Shown: in pieces, positions 7,934-16,583 of the stretch
Position numbering within the stretch: position 1 is the stretch's first letter
How the letters are laid out: each line of letters starts with the position of its first letter
Origin: Bacteroidaceae bacterium
GTDB lineage: Bacteria > Bacteroidota > Bacteroidia > Bacteroidales > Bacteroidaceae
Assembly (NCBI GenBank): GCA_017465905.1
Contig: JAFTVE010000002.1
Span: 14,865-78,864, forward strand
Direction of reading: 5' to 3'
DNA: 64,000 bases
Notes under the pieces: generated by a model
What the model was told of the DNA's origin: nothing
What the model saw: the letters and a program-made list of their open reading frames with translations, nothing else
Databases searched by the model: none
Made by a program: the position numbers and the translations under genes

Positions 7934-9127
7934 ATGAAAGACGACAAGACTATTTCAATGCAGGGAAACGAGCGTGTGGTATGGCTCGACTGGCTGCGTG
8001 TGGCGGCCTGCTTCATGGTAATGGTGGTGCACAGTACCGAACCCTTCTACCTCGGTGGCGAGGGAGCGCTGATTCTCACGCAGGGCGATGCCTTCTGGGC
8101 CTCGCTCTTCGATTGCTTGGTGCGCTCCTGTGTGCCTCTGTTCATCATTGCCTCCAGCTATCTGCAATTGCCGTCGCGCTACTCGGCAGGCGAGTTCTTC
8201 CGACGCCGTACGGTGAGGGTGCTCGTCCCGTTTGTGGTGTGGACGCTCGTGTATGCCTTCCTGTGGGGCGAGCCCGTGGATAACCTGAAAAACCTGCTGC
8301 TTAACTTCAACTACGCGTCGGGCCACCTGTGGTTCGTATACATGCTGGTGGGTGTGTATCTGCTCATCCCGATGCTGTCGCCCTGGGCCGAGAAGGTGAG
8401 CAAGCGCGAGCTGCAGGTGTACCTCGCCATCTGCCTCTTCACTACGGTCATACCCCTCATACGTGACTGGGCCTCTGACGAAGCGTTGGCAGTGATATAT
8501 GGCCCCTCGGGGCTGCCCCGCCAAGCGCTATACCCGCTCTGGGGCGAGTGTAGCTGGAATGGCTACGGCACCTTCTACTACCTTAGCGGATTTGTAGGCT
8601 ACGTGCTGCTGGGACTCTATCTGCGCCGCTTCGTGGGCGACCTCTCCTGGGGTAAGACCCTCGGCATTGCCATACCCTGCTACGCTGCAGGCTTTGCCAT
8701 CGCGTTTGGCGGATTCTTGCGCAGAGTGATGGAGACTGCTGCCGGTACCTTCCCTGTGGAGGGACTGGTGGAGAAGGCTGTCTGGTGGGAGACAACCTGG
8801 TGTAACGACACGTTAGGTGTGGCGCTGATGGCGATAGCGTGGGTGCTGCTCTTCCGCAAGATTAAGGCTTGTGGCGCCTTCTACCGCAAGGTGTTGCTCC
8901 CCATATCGAAGGCAAGCTACGGCATGTATCTGTGCCATCTGGTACTCCTTGTGCCCATCTGCGGAGCTATCCGTGGCTGGCTCGGCGTGGGTGCCGACGG
9001 CCTTCTCGGCTTCTGGACCACTCCGGTGGAGATACTCCTAGGGGCCGTATGCAGCTTCGTATGCGTAGCTGTGGTGTGTGTGGGGCTGCAGCGTATTCCC
9101 AAGATAGGGAAATATATCATCGGCTGA
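7934..9127 (+). CDS. acyltransferase family 3 membrane protein
   Basis: VWLDWLRVAACFMVMVVHS plus about 10 predicted TM segments, typical of Acyl_transf_3. Terminator at 9157-9190. Confidence 0.75.
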   Translation: MKDDKTISMQGNERVVWLDWLRVAACFMVMVVHSTEPFYLGGEGALILTQGDAFWASLFDCLVRSCVPLFIIASSYLQLPSRYSAGEFFRRRTVRVLVPFVVWTLVYAFLWGEPVDNLKNLLLNFNYASGHLWFVYMLVGVYLLIPMLSPWAEKVSKRELQVYLAICLFTTVIPLIRDWASDEALAVIYGPSGLPRQALYPLWGECSWNGYGTFYYLSGFVGYVLLGLYLRRFVGDLSWGKTLGIAIPCYAAGFAIAFGGFLRRVMETAAGTFPVEGLVEKAVWWETTWCNDTLGVALMAIAWVLLFRKIKACGAFYRKVLLPISKASYGMYLCHLVLLVPICGAIRGWLGVGADGLLGFWTTPVEILLGAVCSFVCVAVVCVGLQRIPKIGKYIIG

Positions 9128-9156
9128 TATGAATGTGCAGTAGAAGTAAGAATCTG

Positions 9157-9190
9157 ACTCCCGCCGACAAAAAAGCGGGAGTTTCTTTTG
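9157..9190 (+). terminator. rho-independent terminator after the acyltransferase gene
   Basis: ACTCCCGC-loop-GCGGGAGT followed by TTCTTTTGTTGTTT. Confidence 0.7.
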
Positions 9191-9209
9191 TTGTTTGGTA
9201 AGCTTCGTG

Positions 9210-9217
9210 TATATTTG
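9210..9217 (+). promoter_or_regulatory. -7 box TATATTTG for rhaD
   Basis: 40 nt upstream of the ATG at 9257, directly after the terminator of the upstream gene. Confidence 0.5.
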
Positions 9218-9256
9218 CAGAAGAAAAACACTAAAATCACTTAAGAAAATAATACA

Positions 9257-10066
9257 ATGAAATCAGTTCTTGACAATCGCCCCGCACTGGCTGCGGAGGT
9301 AAACAAGGTGGCCGAAGTGGCTGGCTACTTGTGGCAGAAGGGTTGGGCCGAGCGCAACGGCGGCAACATCACAGTGAACATTACCGAGTACGTGGATGAC
9401 GAAATCAAGGCTTTGCCCGCAATCAGTGAGGTGAAGCAGATTGGCGTTACCCTGCCCCACCTGAAGGGTTGCTACTTCTATTGCAAGGGTACCAACAAGC
9501 GTATGCGTGATCTCGCGCGCTGGCCCATGCAGAACGGCTCTATCATCCGTATCCTCGACGACTGCGCCAGCTATGTCATCATCGCCGACGAGCCCGTGAT
9601 GCCTACATCGGAGCTCCCCTCACACCTGAGCGTACACAACTGGTTTATCGAGACTGGCAAGCCCTACAAGGCTTCGGTACATACACACCCCATCGAACTG
9701 GTGGCGATGACCCACTGCAAGAAGTTCTTGGAGAAGGACGTGGCTACCAATCTCTTGTGGAGCATGATTCCCGAGACAAAAGCTTTCTGCCCCCGTGGCT
9801 TGGGCATTATCCCTTATACACTGCCCGGCTCAAACGAACTGGCTGAAGCTACCATCCGCGAACTCGATGACTATGATGTAGTGATGTGGGAGAAGCACGG
9901 CGTATTTGCCGTAGATACCGACGTAATGGCTGCCTTCGATCAGATTGACGTGCTCAACAAATCAGCACTCATCTATATCGCCGCCAAGAACATGGGCTTC
10001 GAGCCCGACGGCATGAGCCAGGAGCAGATGCGCGAGATGTCTGTGGCATTCAACTTGCCGAAATAA
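9257..10066 (+). CDS. rhaD: rhamnulose-1-phosphate aldolase (class II aldolase)
   Basis: KGWAERNGGNITVNI, PTSELPSH and VHTHP align with RhaD motifs. -7 box at 9210-9217. Confidence 0.8.
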   Translation: MKSVLDNRPALAAEVNKVAEVAGYLWQKGWAERNGGNITVNITEYVDDEIKALPAISEVKQIGVTLPHLKGCYFYCKGTNKRMRDLARWPMQNGSIIRILDDCASYVIIADEPVMPTSELPSHLSVHNWFIETGKPYKASVHTHPIELVAMTHCKKFLEKDVATNLLWSMIPETKAFCPRGLGIIPYTLPGSNELAEATIRELDDYDVVMWEKHGVFAVDTDVMAAFDQIDVLNKSALIYIAAKNMGFEPDGMSQEQMREMSVAFNLPK

Positions 10067-10091
10067 GTGTATACGGCCCTTTGCCGATAAG

Positions 10092-10137
10092 GATAAGCAA
10101 GAGAGGGTGTGTCTTTGGCACACCCTCTCTTATCTTA
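10092..10137. terminator. hairpin between convergent genes (GAGGGTGTG...CACACCCTC family)
   Basis: AAGAGAGGGTGTG-tctttgg-CACACCCTCTCTT. Confidence 0.6.
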
Positions 10138-10152
10138 TTCATTCCTCTTCGC

Positions 10153-11304
10153 TTATATCAAGCTGTAGAGCACAAAAATCCAGTGGGCCGCGAAGGCTGC
10201 TACAATACCACCGATGGTGTGGGCAATGATGGCCTTTGATGTGAGGCGACGGTAGCCCAATGAGTCAAGCATGGCGGTGTGCGTGCTCAGGTAGCCGCTC
10301 CAGCACATCCCGATGGCAGTGAACACAGCGATGGCGTTGCCGTCGACCCAACCCTCGGCAATGAAGTTGGGCACGAGGCCCAGGGCTGCTCCCACAGCGC
10401 CCAAGGCGGTGATAGGGAAGGCTATGAGGTGCGGGTCTTCGAAGCCAAAGAGCCAACGGAAGAGGAAGCCTATTTTCTCGCCCACCCAGGGCAACAGCTC
10501 CACTCCCTGATAGGCTGCACCGGTATAGGTGCCGTCAGCAGAGGGGCCAAAGGTCAGAATCATCACCAAGGTGGAGATGATGAGCACGCCGGGGATAATG
10601 GCAATACCTACATCCACACCCGTACGCCCACCATCGAGCAGAGAGTCGAGGATACGTTGAAACATGGGCTTGCGATAGCTCTTGTCCTCGGCAACCTCTA
10701 CGACAGCCTCCTCATAGGCATTCTCCTCCAGATAGTGGGGGTAGGCTTTCAAGACGGCACGCTGCATCAAGCGCGTTGATACAATACATCCGACAAAAGC
10801 ACCGACGAGGCCAATGAGCGGCTCCATGTAGAAGCCCTGGCCTATCATGAAGACTATCACCAGCAGACCCATGCCGAAGGCGGTGCCGAAGTTGGTGAGC
10901 GAGATGAACTGGTACTTCTTGAAGTAGGAACCGAATCGCTTGTCCTGTGCCAAGGAGATGATGGCAGGATTGTCGGACAGGAAGGTGAGCACGGCACCCA
11001 ATGAAGCCACACCGGGCAGATTGAAGAGCGGACGCATGAGCGGGCGCAGCAACTTCTCCAGCAGGCTCACCACGCCAAACTCCACGAATACTTTGCCCAG
11101 CGCACCCGTGAGCACACAGATGGCCATAAGGTAGAACACCGTGTTGAGCAACAGGTCGTGAGCCGTGTTCATCACCGTATTGAGCATGTTGGGCGTGCCC
11201 ATCTTATGCCCGAGGTAGCCGAACAGGGCAAATACGACAAGCAAGCAGATGATGCCCGAGGGAATGGCATCATAGCATCTGCGTAGAATGTTTTTCTTTT
11301 TCAT
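10153..11304 (-). CDS. nucleoside-recognition (Gate) domain membrane protein
   Basis: 383-aa polytopic membrane protein whose composition and motifs resemble Gate/SpmA-SpmB-like proteins. The assignment is tentative. Confidence 0.5.
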   Translation of the reverse strand: MKKKNILRRCYDAIPSGIICLLVVFALFGYLGHKMGTPNMLNTVMNTAHDLLLNTVFYLMAICVLTGALGKVFVEFGVVSLLEKLLRPLMRPLFNLPGVASLGAVLTFLSDNPAIISLAQDKRFGSYFKKYQFISLTNFGTAFGMGLLVIVFMIGQGFYMEPLIGLVGAFVGCIVSTRLMQRAVLKAYPHYLEENAYEEAVVEVAEDKSYRKPMFQRILDSLLDGGRTGVDVGIAIIPGVLIISTLVMILTFGPSADGTYTGAAYQGVELLPWVGEKIGFLFRWLFGFEDPHLIAFPITALGAVGAALGLVPNFIAEGWVDGNAIAVFTAIGMCWSGYLSTHTAMLDSLGYRRLTSKAIIAHTIGGIVAAFAAHWIFVLYSLI

Positions 11305-11317
11305 GGTAGGAGGGTTT

Positions 11318-11408
11318 TAATTCTGAATTCTGAATTCTGATTTTTGAATTCTAAACATGGCTGTTTATAATGGATAATGTAGAATTCACGATTCAGAATT
11401 AGAAATCA
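11318..11408. repeat. imperfect palindrome built from GAATTC/TGAATTC words
   Basis: TTAATTCTGAATTCTGAATTCTGATTTTTGAATTCTAAACA ... TGTAGAATTCACGATTCAGAATTAGAAATCA. Fills the spacer between two co-directional genes. Confidence 0.8.
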
Positions 11409-12419
11409 TCGTTTCAAGATACTCATCTTCCAGGTAACACCCAGCGTCAGGAACGACTGTGCATCAAACACTGTGCCGCCAGCGAGGTTGCCGTTCGTGC
11501 CCCATGTGTAGCTGTAGCCACCGTGGAAACGGATGTCGCGGCTGTCCTTGATAGGGAAGAACTCAACGCCTGCTCCCACGCGAGTAAGCTCTGTGCCAGG
11601 GAGTACGCAGTAGTCTGCTGCGTTGGTCTCATTCACGTCATACGAAAACTTGCCGAATACGTTGATCTTGTCTGAGGCGCTCCATGAGAGGTCGGCCATC
11701 ACGGAGAAGTCATAGAAGTCAAAGTTGGCCATGTCGGCGCGGTTCATCCAGTCGAGCTGCAGCTTGAAGTCGCCCATATTGAACTGGTGGCCCAAGGCGA
11801 TAAAGTTGACATACTTGCCAGGCTGGTACTCTACCATATTCACCGAGTGGAGGATGTCAATCCATCCGTGCGAGCCACTCCATAGGAGGTTATAGGAGAA
11901 CATTTCGGGCGATACGTTACGGAAGGGGCTCTGCGTAATCTGCAGTTTCAGCGCATCCTTGCCTTCGTCGCCAATCGTGTAGGTGGCGCCCACACCCCAC
12001 TGGTAGCAGGCCATGTTGTACCAATACTCAGAGCCGAAGTAGAAGTCTATCGGAGCGCGGTCATACTCGTATCCGCCCACGGCTACCGTCTGCTTACCGC
12101 CCGTGAAGGCCCATGCACCGGTAGTGTAGGTGAGGTTCAGGTGGTCAACGGCATCGAAGTAGCTCGCATCATCGTTCGGCTTGCCCATACGCTGACGGTA
12201 TACGTAGCTCCATGAGTCGTTGATGTTGCCGTTGAGGCGCAGGTTGAGCTGTTTGCCGCGGAAGCCTGTATTTGCGTCAACTACATTGCCGTCGATTAAC
12301 TCGTTCTGCAGGTCGCCACGCGCTTCAATGCGCAGGTCTACCTTCGGGTTCTCTTGTGCTGTGGTTGCCAGTGCACATAGGCTTGCTACTCCAAGTAGCC
12401 ATGTTGTCAGTTTTTTCAT
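11406..12419 (-). CDS. putative outer-membrane porin
   Basis: Signal peptide MKKLTTWLLGVASLCALATTAQ. Alternating beta-strand pattern rich in aromatic and Gly residues. -7 box at 12460-12467. Confidence 0.5.
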   Translation of the reverse strand: MKKLTTWLLGVASLCALATTAQENPKVDLRIEARGDLQNELIDGNVVDANTGFRGKQLNLRLNGNINDSWSYVYRQRMGKPNDDASYFDAVDHLNLTYTTGAWAFTGGKQTVAVGGYEYDRAPIDFYFGSEYWYNMACYQWGVGATYTIGDEGKDALKLQITQSPFRNVSPEMFSYNLLWSGSHGWIDILHSVNMVEYQPGKYVNFIALGHQFNMGDFKLQLDWMNRADMANFDFYDFSVMADLSWSASDKINVFGKFSYDVNETNAADYCVLPGTELTRVGAGVEFFPIKDSRDIRFHGGYSYTWGTNGNLAGGTVFDAQSFLTLGVTWKMSILKR

Positions 12420-12594
12420 ATTACGGTCGTGTTTAACATAATTTGTACTTTCTGAAATGCAAAGATAGTTTTTATCCTTAAAAAATAGTTAATTCCGCCC
12501 AGTTTTTTTGTGCACATAGAATTTTCGCTGCAAATAGCGAACGTAATTTTATTCATCCCTCCCATCTCGGCCTGTTCTTTGAGTGTGGTAGGGA

Positions 12595-12625
12595 TAAAAA
12601 ACATGAGGGTGTGCACACCCTCATG
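12595..12625 (-). terminator. terminator after the T9SS cargo gene (GAGGGTGTG...CACACCCTC family)
   Basis: Perfect palindrome CATGAGGGTGTGCACACCCTCATG, followed on the minus strand by TTTTTTAT. Confidence 0.7.
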
Positions 12626-12699
12626 TGAATTGTGATGTAGAGCCCCCTGTTCCATTACAGACCACTGCGGTTGAGGCTATATATAATGTATCAGTATGT

Positions 12700-14394
12700 C
12701 TACTTCACAATAATACGCGCGTTCTCTACCTTCTGTCCCTTTTCGGTAAGCGTGATGTTGTAGACACCCGATCCCATGCGGTCGGTAGTCACGGGCACAG
12801 AAGTCTGCCCTGCCTCCACGTGGCTACGGCCAATGGTTCGACCATTGCTGTCGGTGATGATAAGTTCGCCACCATTTTTAACAGTCTCTGCGTCGAGGGT
12901 TACGTTTACGGTGCTGTTACGCTCTGCAAGTGCAGGGCTTACGCGCATGGCTGGAGTAGAGGCTATCTTCTTCACGCTGCTGGCATTCTTGTCGATGCTG
13001 TAGATATTGATGAATTCCTCATAATAGTATTTACCTTCCGTATCCGGATTCCACTCGTCAGTCTCCACTCTTCTGTTTATAGACAGGCCAAAGTATGTAT
13101 CGCCATCCCACTTGACGATTCTCGGGTCATAAGAATCTCCTTCAGGTACGAGAAAACTTGAAAGCACATTGCCATCTTCGGATACAATTTCGTATGCTTT
13201 TATTTTGTCTCTATATGTTATCTCTTTATAATCTATCTCACCGTCGTCATCACGATCACTTTCTCTGGTATTGTAGACAGATTCAGTATATATAGGGCGT
13301 AAGAACTCCCACTTCTCATCATTATTAAAGAGAGTTTGTGTTGCATAGATTTCCAATTCCAATTCCCCAACATTTCCTACATAGAACGGACACAGAGTTG
13401 CATCCCATAACCATTCGTTCTCCTCATAATAACTATCTTCTTTCAATTCCTGCTTCCATTCGCCTGTATATGTTTGCTTATACTTCAATCCATGTGCTTC
13501 AAGGCTTTCCCCTTTCCAAACAAAATAGAGCACCGGATATTGTTTCCCATAAAAATAACTCTGGTAATATGCATTGGTGTAAAAATATGTTGAGCCATCA
13601 TCCTTTACGACAATAGAGTCCACTTGATAACTATCAGTAAAATAGTCATAATCTGAAAACTCAAGGATTTGCCCTAAGTTGATATATTCGATAATGTTAT
13701 CTTGAGTAAACTCTGCGATTTGCATATTATAAAAGTTATAATAGCTCTCATTATAGTGCCCTTGATCCCAAGTATCTTTTATTGCTCCTTCAAGATAACT
13801 GGCAGAAATCAGATCGTTTCCCTTAAAATAAAGGGCATAAGTTGGCGTTCCTTCTTCATTTTCGAATATGTGATTTGTAAGGAATAATGTACCACCGTCG
13901 TAGTCTGTTTTCGAGACAATCGTAATTTCCTCAAAAAATCCCTTTGTCTTCATAAACTCAAACCACTGTGGAACATATTCAGCCGTATAAGCCGTGTTGT
14001 TGCACTTGTTGCTTGCCCACCAGTTGGGGTAAGTTTGACTATAGCCATATTTGTCCACCCACAGAACTTCTCGATTTCCACAATTAAACACTCCCATTTC
14101 AATCGGTTTAATCACCGCCTCACGACTTTCCACCACCGTACGGTCATAGCTCGTAGGATTATCCACTTTAATCGTGCGGTCTACAGCAAACGACTTGTTG
14201 TATACGGTATACTCAACGGCTGATTCCGCCTCATTGATAGTGTATACCGATGACTTACCGTCGTAGGCATACTCTACGGGAATGGATTGTAGATTCCAAA
14301 ACTCACCTTGCATAGTGCCCACCTGATCAAATTTTTGCGCACTTGCCCCCATTGCCAGCAAGCAACCGAGAGCACCTAAGTAAAACTTCTTCAT
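12700..14394 (-). CDS. hypothetical T9SS cargo protein (C-terminal sorting domain)
   Basis: Signal peptide. Tyr/Asp/Glu-rich body with no recognised domain. C-terminus TVNVTLD...GELIITDSNGRTIG...GVYNITLTEKGQKVENARIIVK looks like a type A T9SS sorting domain. Confidence 0.65.
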   Translation of the reverse strand: MKKFYLGALGCLLAMGASAQKFDQVGTMQGEFWNLQSIPVEYAYDGKSSVYTINEAESAVEYTVYNKSFAVDRTIKVDNPTSYDRTVVESREAVIKPIEMGVFNCGNREVLWVDKYGYSQTYPNWWASNKCNNTAYTAEYVPQWFEFMKTKGFFEEITIVSKTDYDGGTLFLTNHIFENEEGTPTYALYFKGNDLISASYLEGAIKDTWDQGHYNESYYNFYNMQIAEFTQDNIIEYINLGQILEFSDYDYFTDSYQVDSIVVKDDGSTYFYTNAYYQSYFYGKQYPVLYFVWKGESLEAHGLKYKQTYTGEWKQELKEDSYYEENEWLWDATLCPFYVGNVGELELEIYATQTLFNNDEKWEFLRPIYTESVYNTRESDRDDDGEIDYKEITYRDKIKAYEIVSEDGNVLSSFLVPEGDSYDPRIVKWDGDTYFGLSINRRVETDEWNPDTEGKYYYEEFINIYSIDKNASSVKKIASTPAMRVSPALAERNSTVNVTLDAETVKNGGELIITDSNGRTIGRSHVEAGQTSVPVTTDRMGSGVYNITLTEKGQKVENARIIVK

Positions 14395-15360
14395 TGTGTT
14401 TGAAATGTTTTAGTTTTGCCTATAAGTTCTCCCGATTCGGCGATATGTATTATTTAAAACAAAAAAGCGTGAGAACCTGTACCTGTTGCTCGTCTCACGT
14501 TCTGAGGCCTTCGCATTGCCCGATTAGTCGAAACGAGCAACGCAGACCTCACGCCGATATGAATATATAACCACACTATACCCACCACGGTTGCGGTAAG
14601 GTATAATAAAGGAATATAAAAAACATATCCCGTGACATCTACTGTTGCTTTGTCTTTGACTAATCGTTAGAAGTTGCGAAGTTCCAGAACGTCAAAACCA
14701 AAGCGTCAAGTAAACGCCTTTCCACTATGTCGTCCCCGCCCAGCCACCCTAATCTCCAATAAAGAATCAAGGCATCGGCGCGAAGATGGAGCAAAGGTAA
14801 TAATAAATTGATAATTGACAAATGACAATTAACAATTATTTTCTTGCATCTTAAAAGAAACGCAATGAAGATATTTACACCCAACCCAGAGGGCAAGCAA
14901 CATCCACCGCAACAATCTCCAAGGTTTTCGAGGAATAGGCGTAGGTGTACCTTGAAGGCCTTGGGGATTTGCTCTCCGAATAACCTTAAGGAATCACAAG
15001 AATCATTTTGACATACGTCATAGCATGCTATCATCGCAGACTGCCTGATGGCAACCATGAAACGAAGTTCTCCATTATGAACCGTATCCAATGTTTGCCC
15101 CCGGCAAAACAGCTTGTACCCCTTGGCAGAAAGGTTTGTCAAAGGAGGTTTCTGCCAAGAGTATACAAACTGAATATGTGTATGTTATATATATTAAGGA
15201 ATCGCGCTTGCGCCTCTTGAGACCTGCATTATAGTAATTTTTCGTTTGGGGCCTGGCAGAGTTGAATTGACAATTGAAAATAGACAATTGAGAATTCCTA
15301 GTAGGCACTCACGTCAGCTTTGTCCATCAACCATCAACCACCATCCATCATCCATCAACT

Positions 15361-15425
15361 CTGCAGCGTAGCGAGAGCAATGATAGGACTACTTAGTCAT
15401 TGCCAAGCAAGCAAAGAGTCTTGAT
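15361..15425 (+). repeat. 65-nt bipartite conserved motif, copy A
   Basis: CTGCAGCGTAGCGAGAG-N23-TGCCAAGCAAGCAAAGAGTCTTGAT. Preceded by a CCATCAAC-type word array at 15324-15359. Confidence 0.8.
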
Positions 15426-15441
15426 GCGGAGCATCATAACC

Positions 15442-16083
15442 CTAAAACCTCCCCGGCGCCGGGGCATAGAAGCGGCTGTTCTTGCGGCCGAGGGCGCGTA
15501 GGTAGCCTTCGTCGACCAGCTCGTTGAGGTACTTGAGGGCAAGGTGCTTGGAGCATTCGCACAGTTGCTCCATCTGTGAGCGGTAGATGTAGGGGTGGTC
15601 GGCAAAGAAGGTAGCCAGGCGATGCTCCACGATGGTGCGGGTGAGCAGGGTGCGCACGGCATGGCCTCCGCTCACAATCTCGGCGCCGCGCAGCTCCTCC
15701 TTCAGCTCCTTGCAGGGGCGGAAGCTGATGCCCTTGACGATGACGTCGCGCTGGGTGACGCGGTCGTTGAAGTACTTGGGCTCCTTGAGGCCCAGTTTGA
15801 GGCCGAACGAACCAATCTCGTCGATCTGCACGGTGCGTCCATCGAGGAGTGCGCGGCTCAGCTCGTGCCCCAGGGCTGTAAGCACGGCCACCACGTCTAC
15901 CTTGTTGACGCTGGTGGCGAAGCCTATGCGCTCGGCCATCTCCTTGGTGGTCACTGGGGTGGAGGCTACTACGCTCACACCCATCAGGGGGTTCTTCTCG
16001 GTGGCTTCGCCCTGGAGGTCGTACCTCGGGTTCAGCTGGTAGGCAATCGTGCCACTCTTCTTTGTCGCTTTGGTCTTTCTCAT
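15442..16083 (-). CDS. HU-family (Bacteroidales HU_2-type) DNA-binding protein with C-terminal extension
   Basis: TKEMAERIG...VDVVAVLTALGHELSRALLDGRTVQIDEIGSFGLKL matches the HU-like fold. ATG at comp(16081-16083) is preferred over the upstream GTG. Confidence 0.65.
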   Translation of the reverse strand: MRKTKATKKSGTIAYQLNPRYDLQGEATEKNPLMGVSVVASTPVTTKEMAERIGFATSVNKVDVVAVLTALGHELSRALLDGRTVQIDEIGSFGLKLGLKEPKYFNDRVTQRDVIVKGISFRPCKELKEELRGAEIVSGGHAVRTLLTRTIVEHRLATFFADHPYIYRSQMEQLCECSKHLALKYLNELVDEGYLRALGRKNSRFYAPAPGRF

Positions 16084-16408
16084 AAGTTCTCTTTTTTTTA
16101 TAACCACGGATTACTCAGATTACTCAAATTTACGGCAATTCTTTGCATTGCGCCGAAGTCATAGTGTTTTTATCTGTGCAATCTGTGTAATCGGTGGTTT
16201 TTATTCGTATTTCAAGCTGTCCGTTGGCGACCATACACGCAGATTGACGCGAGCGTATGCGTGTACCGACGCGTACAAACGCACGTATGTACGCCAACAG
16301 ACGCACTCGAATTCGGTTACAAATTTAAGAAAAGACAAGCAATCTTGCAAGTCTTTTCCTCTGATTTTATGCGGATTAGTGGGTGTTGACATCGGGATTC
16401 TGATGTGG

Positions 16409-16416
16409 TATCTTTG
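16409..16416 (+). promoter_or_regulatory. -7 box TATCTTTG (distal, virE-like gene)
   Basis: One of two identical TATCTTTGCA boxes (the second is at 16512-16519). Each is followed by an ACGAT-word leader. Confidence 0.4.
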
Positions 16417-16511
16417 CAAAGAAAACGGAGTTTTCAACGATAATGAAGACGATGACGATAACTTTCTTCTGTAGCGTATCAAATGCAGAATAAACGGTTG
16501 GTGAGGTGCCG

Positions 16512-16519
16512 TATCTTTG
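16512..16519 (+). promoter_or_regulatory. -7 box TATCTTTG (proximal, virE-like gene)
   Basis: 65 nt upstream of the ATG at 16584. Confidence 0.45.
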
Positions 16520-16583
16520 CATTGTCAACGAAAAACGATAACGAAAATGAAAACGATGACGTACACCATATTTATTATATACT

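Noticed and set aside
14660-15142. 160-aa ORF in the 1-kb non-coding tract.
   Set aside because: The sequence is Cys/Leu-rich with CCGGCC-type runs. There is no recognisable domain and no -7 box at a sensible distance, and it crosses word-repeat arrays. I treat it as non-coding. A pseudogene remnant is not excluded; see the finding for 14395-15441.
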